Assembly: GCF_009914755.1 (NCBI RefSeq)
Contig: NC_060927.1
DNA from: the human T2T-CHM13v2.0 reference genome, Homo sapiens
Length of the DNA stretch: 64,000 nucleotides
Reading direction: 5' to 3' (one strand)
Translations under genes and position numbers: made by a program
Part shown: in pieces, positions 56,636 through 64,000 of the stretch
Position numbering within the stretch: the stretch's first letter is position 1
How the letters are laid out: the number at the start of each line of letters is the position of its first letter
The notes under the pieces: generated by a model
Told to the model about the DNA's origin: nothing
The model's database searches: none
What the model saw: the letters and a program-made list of their open reading frames with translations, nothing else

Positions 56636-57647
56636 GTCAGTCTTTTGAAAGAATATTGCACTGGAAAGCACATGATCCTCAGGTTCCTCTGATGTAAGAG
56701 CTCTCTGGGTCCACAGTATCCCTTCCCTTAGGAGGGGCCTCAGGATTACTAGAGATTGGCCAATTTTTCCATCCCCAAAGTCCCAGGCACAGAATCCTCA
56801 GAGGACCCACTTCCTTCAGACCATTAGAAATACAACTTCAGGAACATTTCATTCTCTCCCATTGACAGAAGCAAAACCACATATTTTGCTCAAGGATGGC
56901 AGGGATCAAATGACTCTGGAGCACAAACATACTCCTTATTAGGGCCAATGTCCCTAAAGTCAAACTTGTACAAGAACTCTAATGAGTAACAACACTTGGC
57001 TCCAAGAAGGGACTCTTACTATAATTCTAAGAGGCAAAGAGGAAGAGTGACAACTGCCATGGTTCAAATGAAACTTGAATGAATTGCTGGTGGGGATTTA
57101 AAACCACAAAAGAGCCAAAATGAAACAGTTATTTCAAAACACTGCCAGACAATGAAGAGAAATGAATTGTATAATAAAATCCCTTCAGGGCAATGTCCAA
57201 TCACTCATCCTCCATGTAATGGAATTCTGAGATGCTAAAAATCTTAAGAAATAAAAGGCCAAAGAAAGCCAGGCATTGTGAAAGCTGCCACAGGAGCTCT
57301 GTGTCCAGTGAGTTCCTCCTATCAGTGAAAAGAAAATTTAAAAAGCGATGGAGCTTGACACTTTCTGAACAGTCTCACAATATCATCCCTGCAGAAATTT
57401 GAACCTGTCACCTAAGGAAGTTATTGCTGCCATACAAGTTGAAGAATCAGGCTGCCAAGCTCTGGGTCTTTTTGCCGTAAGCCATTCTTAAGCAAGTTTC
57501 CTTACAAATCATCAGATTGTGGATTTTTGCTAGGTTTCATCTTTGCAGAGAACATCCACTTTGGGGCCATGATTCTTCCCAACTTAGTTGAGGAATTGAG
57601 AAGATCGTCTATCTCAGTTTTTATATGTGTGGATGAGTTTCTTTCTG

Positions 57648-57678
<31 letters not shown>

Positions 57679-58619
57679 GGAAAAAGAAAACAGCAGAGCT
57701 TTTCTGCAGGACAACCTATTCCCTTATTTATAATGCAGGACAGCAGGGCCTTGTAAGTGTATATTCTGGTTCATCTGAGGACACGCGGTTGCTCATTTTA
57801 AAATTAGATTCATCCTAATTATATGAAAAGAGCTTGCATGTGGTTGGTCAAAACATCAGGAAAGTATTACTCAGCACGTACCTGCTGGGCTTGCCTTCTA
57901 ACCTGCACTGAACTTGTTTAACACACAGTCCTTGCCCTCTTAGAACTTAAAATCTAGCAAAGAAATATCTCATTGACAAATAAGGGGTGTGGACACTGAA
58001 TAGTGAAGAAATATAGATATATAGCAAGTGACTAGACATGTAATACTACCTGTGGACAAAGGGGTGAGGGAAAGTGTCATTGGAGTGGCATGTTTCAGTG
58101 GGGCAGAACCAGAGAGGATTTTAATCTCAATTCTAATTAATCAGGGCAGGATTTCAGGAGTTCCTTGAATAAAGGATATTGGGAAGTCAGACTGAAACAT
58201 AAGTGGGGGAAAATATGCATTGGACTCCAAGGGACAAAAGTTTGAATATGGACCATAAAAAAAAAAAAAAAAAATCCAGAACAAGGGAATCCTGAGCAGG
58301 CTGGAATCCTGAGCAGGTAAGTGAGTGCCTATTATTATTACCTTTTGCAAACCCTGAGGGATCATTAACTTGGACAACTGACCACAGAACACACATCTTT
58401 GAGGCTGAAAAATACTAGGTCATCTATAAAACAGAGATTGTTATCAATAAACAGACAGTAACAATTTAAAACTAACTAAAGAATAACTTATGCAAAATGA
58501 TCGAGTAAATTTGGAGTCTGACTTCTGGGTCTCTCTCTTTGATTTCCTGCCTTTTGGACAATCATGCTCCATACATCCAAGGTACAAGTTTACTCAACAA
58601 AATTAATTTTACTACTTCC

Positions 58620-58860
58620 GTAATAATGAAATAGTAATAAAATTGTTTTCCATGTATTGAGCACTCACCAGGTACTATGTCCTGGCTAAGCAGTTTATAG
58701 CCATTATCTCATGTAATTTCTTCCACAGTGCTGTGAAGTAAATACCAACATTCTTTCCCTTGCACAGATAGAGTGATTGAAGTTCAAAGAGATTAAACTT
58801 GCCAGAGACCATAGCTGGAAGGTGGCAAAGCCAGGCATCCAACTCAGTCTGCCTTTCAAT
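58620..58860 (-). mobile_element. MIR
   Basis: tattgagcactcac..cattatctcatgtaat..aaacttgcc..gtggcaaagccaggcatccaactcagtctg. Confidence 0.7.
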
Positions 58861-58902
58861 GCAAGCATAGATACCTACCCTTCCCTTCAACACCACTTCC
58901 TG

Positions 58903-58952
58903 ATTCATTCATTCATTCATTCATTCATTCGTTCTTTCTTTCTTTCTTTCTG

Positions 58953-58992
<40 letters not shown>
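58903..58992. repeat. Compound (TTCA)n(TTTC)n(TC)n microsatellite
   Basis: Directly visible. Confidence 0.9.
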
Positions 58993-58994
<2 letters not shown>

Positions 58995-60194
58995 ATGTCC
59001 TAGCTCCCAACCAATCCAGGACACAGGACCCCCAGCTTCCACCCTCTCACAATACACTCAACCAATAAGAGAAGGGGGTTTCTCTTCCCTGCTCCGTGAC
59101 AGGGCATTAAAATAGGACATAATTGGAGCCCACTGCTGTGCGATATGCTGAGTCCTAGAGACCTTAATCACAGACCACAAATACACTGGGGATTGACAGC
59201 ATTATTTCTCACCTATTATGGAATATTAATAGTTGGCTAGATTCTGTACCTGAGCGACATTATCAGAATTAACTTCTTAATATTGCAAGTTTCCCTTATA
59301 AAAAATATTTAAACTCAGAAATAGGCTTGTGAAGTAGAAGACAGCCTTATTCAGTCAAATAGAAAGACACATACTGTTTATTTTTCTTTTATATGTTCTC
59401 TGCATGATACTTCTTATCATTGGTTAGTCTTATTTCTTAATAATCTAAAATGCATGTGTCTGTCCTTTGTGTCTTACTTCTTAAAATATTTAATAATAAA
59501 ATAATAATGTTTTCAAAAAGGTAAAATATGCATAGTTAGAAGAAAAGATTTTCTTTGTTCTTTTTACTTACCTCACTTTTATTATTCATGTCCCTTATAT
59601 TTCTTTCATTTCTATAGACCTGGCTGAGTATTTAATAAAACACACTTATAATTTGGGAAGAAAACAAGCAAATATTCTTTTGGATTAGAAAAGTGTGTGT
59701 CCCATTATAGTAAGAAATTATAGAGTAATTACTAGGTTAAATATTAGGAAAATTGGTATTTTTAAGTCAAGATATTATGTAAAGTCATTTATTTAAATAA
59801 TCTAAAACTGTTATAAAATTATTCCACGAAAAATGGGTTCAGTACCTCTGTCAACATACCAAGAATCAGGTCTGGCCTTTGCTTTCTGACATCTCTATTT
59901 TAAATTTTAGTTCTCTTTAAAAAAAAAAAAACATGTTAATAATGTGCTGATAATGATATGAGGATTCATCAGCAAGTTCCCAACACTCTTTGCATACTAT
60001 GAACTACACAGATTTATCAAGGAAATAAAAATGATGGTCAAAGACAAAAAGGTAAAACCAGGTCTAGCAAGGTTAAAGATGACCCCATAAGGGTGAGAAG
60101 GAAGTAAGGAAACAGAATTAGGTCAGATAGGAGGGTGGTATGGCACAAAAAGTAGAACTTAGTTACCTCATTGAATTAAAAAATAGTAGCATAG

Positions 60195-60652
60195 TGTAGC
60201 AAAGACAATTCACTGCTCACCAAATTCTTGCTCCCCTTTCCACAGTACAGACACATTGCTGAAAAGCAGCTTCCCAGTAGGAGCTATATTTCCCATCCCA
60301 TCCCGCTTTATTTAGGTAGGGGACATGCGATTTGTTCTCACCAAGGGAATGTGAGCAAAGTGATTATGTGTTTCTTCCAAGCCAAGGTGGTTAAGAAGCC
60401 AGCATACTCTTCACTTTCTGGTTCCCCTTTCAGCGGTCTGATGCAATGAGCCCATGACCTCAGAGCCATGTCCTGAAGATGGAGGAGCCCAAGACCAGAG
60501 GAACCCCTGAATCACTGTGGAACAGAGCCATCAATCAATCAGGAACAGCAATTTTCAACTCACATGAGTGAAAAATAAACTTCCATTTGTTTGAGCTACT
60601 GTGCATTTTTTATTTTATTTTTGAGTGCAGATGGTGTTTTACTAACCAATAT
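60195..60652 (+). mobile_element. Old MaLR LTR (MLT1H/I/J-like)
   Basis: gctatatttcccatcc..taggtaggggacatgcgatt..gaagatggaggagcc..ccctgaatcactg..aaataaacttccatttgtttgagctactg. Confidence 0.75.
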
Positions 60653-60754
60653 ATCTGGCAAGAAAAAGAAAATGTCTCAATCACTTGAATTAATGATATA
60701 ATTTACTTTTTCATGGAATTTGATAGAATCCCAGAGTTTTAACTCTAGAGTCCT

Positions 60755-61030
60755 GTCATCAAATTACAGTAGCTACTAGCCATAAGTGGCTATTAAGATG
60801 TGCTGCAAGTGTAAAATACACACCAGATATCAAAAGCTCTTTAGAAAGTAAAATATATTCTTAATATTTTTATATTGATTACATGTTAATAATATTCTAA
60901 ATATATTAGGTAAAATAAAATATAGTATTGAACTTAACCTTACTGGTTGCTTTTCACTTGTCTATAATGTGGCTACTAGAAGAATTTAAACTACATATAT
61001 GGCTCACGTTCTATTTCTATTAGACAGTGT
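60755..61030. mobile_element. MER33/MER3-type hAT MITE
   Basis: gtagctactagccataagtggctatt..atgtggctactagaagaatttaaactacatatatggctcac..ctattagacagtg. Confidence 0.75.
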
Positions 61031-61038
61031 TGGGCTAC

Positions 61039-61241
61039 CAGGGGTTAATAAACTATAGCTCATCGCCTGTTTTGTAAACAAAATTTTATTGGCACACAGC
61101 CACACCATTTGTTCACATATTGTGTATGTCTGTTTTTGTACTACAATGGCAGACTTGAGAGTTTCAACAGAGACTGTGTGTCCTGAAAAGCTTAAAATAT
61201 TTATGATATAGCCTGTTATAGATAATGTTTGCCAACCCCTG
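61039..61241. mobile_element. MER58A
   Basis: caggggttaataaactatagc..tttgtaaacaaaattttattggcacacagccacacc..ctacaatggcaga..gtttgccaacccctg. Confidence 0.88.
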
Positions 61242-61839
61242 GGCTAAAGATAACTTTGGAATTATCTAATATACCTACAAGTATCATTTTATGACTAAAA
61301 ATTAAAGCTCAGATCAGCCAAGAGACTTGTCCAGAATATTTTTATTCTTAATTAGGTGATATTTCCATAATGCCACCCATTCCTGCATTCATTCATTCAT
61401 TCATTATCTTCATCCATTTCTAATCTGGATCATTAAAGAAATAAAATCCCCATCAGTTAGAAAATCACTTAACATTAAATACTGAAATGCTTCACACTAA
61501 ATAATGAAACTCAACACGACAATGTCAATGCTATTTCAATGTAATCATATAGAAACACGTTCCTGTCAGACAGAGGAGCTATAGGCATGTACATACAATG
61601 GCAGAGAAACCCTTGAAGTAATATTCAACTATGAATAGGCTGTGAGATGGTCTTTAAATTAAGCTTCACTTGAAAACATTTTAAAGAGAATCTATCATGT
61701 AATCTGCTTTCAAATTAAACTTGAAATTCCCCCAAATGTAGAGCTAGCTTGCTAAAAATATTCATTATTGGAATTAAATTAGAAAAATTTTGCCACATCT
61801 CGGAGAAAGTGAAATCTGTTCCCAAAGACATCACAGCAA

Positions 61840-62260
61840 TGTATAACTGCCTCAGCTCCAGCAGGCATCATCTCTCAGTGGACTATTCTAAGAGTCTCTA
61901 ACTGGGCTCATCACCTCCAGTCTCTCACTCAAGACCTATCCCAAAGAACTCTTTTAAAATAAAAATCTGATTTGCTGAACATTCTTAAGTCTCTTCAAGC
62001 TATCAAGACAAAGTCAATCTTCCTTATTGTGCCCAGGAAGGTCCTCGCCATCTGGCTCCTGCCTGCTCCAATGGCCTCATTTATAGTCCTTTGCACATGA
62101 GTCAGGCTGGGCTCCTTACAATTTCCCAAATGCTTCATACTTTTACTTTCACTTCATAGGCATATCATATTTATTTCTGCCTAGAACCCTCCCACCCCTA
62201 TGGGTTCCCACAATGTACATTGTACTTAACTATGTCATTGGACTTACAAATATTTTAATT
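61840..62260 (+). mobile_element. L2 fragment
   Basis: catcatctctc..ggactat..ctctaactgg..ctccagtctctc..tctggctcctgcctgctcc..ttctgcctagaaccctc. Confidence 0.55.
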
Positions 62261-62463
62261 GTCTGCTAAAGTATTAATGCTACCACTACTATAAATAGCT
62301 AATATTTAGAAATACTTGACTGTGACTCAAGCACTATATTATTTCATTTAATCTCCACATATGATAGATGAGGAAACTGAACACATGCAATGAAGCCAGG
62401 TGAAACCAGCATACAAATCCACACATTTCCCACTCCACGGCCCCAGTTCCAAACGTCTACACC

Positions 62464-62670
62464 AGCTGTTCTCAATAGGAGCAGTTTTGCCTCCCAGTAG
62501 ACACCTGATAATATCTGGAGACATTTTTGATGGTCACAACTGGAGGGTTGGGGGAGCTATTGGCATCTAGTGGGTAGAAGCCAGCAATGCTGCTAAACAT
62601 CCTGTAATATATACGACAGCCCTCCACAGCAAAGGATTATCTGGCCGCAAATGCCATAGCGTAGAGGAAT
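62464..62670. mobile_element. MER20
   Basis: gttctcaatagg..ttttgcctcccag..atctggagacatttttgatggtcacaactgg..ggcatctagtgggtagaagccag..atgctgctaaacatcct. Confidence 0.88.
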
Positions 62671-63754
62671 TACCAGGCTCAAAACTCAAATAGTACCTCT
62701 GCTGAGAAACACTACTCTACACTAAATCACCTCCTGTAGATTGCCCCAGAAGATTCCGAGCATCTCATCCATACGACAAGAATTTTTAAATGCTCTACCA
62801 TGGTGTCTTGGCACTTACCATCGTGTCTGGCACTTGGCAGATGTCCCATGCATTTGTGACCAACGGACAGACTCCAGAAGAAAAAAATTACTTATTATAA
62901 GGCTTGATTTTTGTGGCAACTTCAATAAAGATAAATTGAAACACATATTCTTAATCAATGATACATGAATGCATGTGCACCACATTCTAGTGCATGGCTT
63001 CACTTTAGCAATACCTTATGTTTATGAACCCATAGAGTGGGAGATAGATTAATAAGCCAGATGCCTAGGATCTTTTTCTCACAAGTCCTCAAGGAGATGA
63101 GATGCTTTTCAAATCCCTTATAACTGCTACATTACAGGACAAATGTATAGGTTTATCATCTACATAGGTCATAACTTAACTTGTTTCAAAAAATATTTTC
63201 TGTGTAAGGTTCCCTTGGTTCCTTTTTTTTTAAAGAAAAATAACACAAGACTAAACAACCTTATTCTATTCCCTGTTGCAGCTACAATTCAGATATAGGT
63301 ACTTTATTCTAGATCTCCAGATGTTAGAAGTATAGCAGAAATTGCAGTGAAGCCTAGGTAAAATTTTAAAAGTAAACAGAAATACAGCAGAAATAAACCA
63401 TTCTCCAGCTTATATAAATTAATACACCTAAACAGCAGAAAGAAAGTCAAGGAAAGATTATGATTATAATGTTTTCAAAGGGACAGAAATTTAGCAGGAC
63501 TTTTGCATTCTTGCAAAACACTTCAACAACAGGCAGCATTAGCCAGTGTTGTATACAAGTTGCTAGGGGTTTGTGTGTGTGTGTGTGTGAAAAAGCAAAA
63601 AGGTTCTGTTGTGGTGCTAGATACTGGTCATTTGTCACTTTTTATGAACTGTATTAAAAGGTTAAAACATATGAGCCTGATTTTTAAAAAGTGTGATATA
63701 GTGAACTGTTCCTCACAACCTATTGTGCTGAACTTTTGCCACTTAAGGTTTTAG

Positions 63755-63789
63755 ACACACAAGCACACACACACACACACACACACACA
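63755..63789. repeat. (CA)n microsatellite
   Basis: Directly visible. Confidence 0.9.
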
Positions 63790-64000
63790 AATAAAATGGT
63801 GATCAAATGAATTTTGCTACCTGCTCTCCCCTTTCTTGGACATTTATAATGCATGCTAGTATAAAAATAGGCTCTGGAAACTTTTACAAGTTGTTAAACT
63901 CAAGATTTCCCAAACATAATTGAGCCTAGAGTAAAATAAACAAATACAGCAGTAAAAGAAGCAAAAAGTAATAATATAAGAAGAGGATCTGTCAACATAT

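Overview
Primate (human-like) nuclear genomic DNA that is AT-rich, CpG-poor and intronic or intergenic in character. I found no intact protein-coding gene I can name. Most ORFs in the supplied track are chance frames or Alu, L1 or Tigger translations. The window is dominated by interspersed repeats: about 11 Alu/FLAM copies, two 5'-inverted L1PA insertions, older L1M, L2, MIR and CR1/L3 fragments, MaLR and LTR16 LTRs, several MER DNA-transposon MITEs and a full-length Tigger1. There is one processed RPL31 pseudogene (7171-7564). The most striking unexplained structure is a ~513-bp near-perfect fold-back palindrome at 24127-24639 (arms ~83% identical by hand alignment, including a 31-bp perfect stem) that matches no repeat I recognise. 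A second, AT-rich and apparently young palindrome lies at 32939-33132. A few isolated candidate exons and transcription-factor motif clusters are reported with low to moderate confidence. Repeat subfamily calls are from remembered consensus sequences, and many repeat boundaries are approximate.
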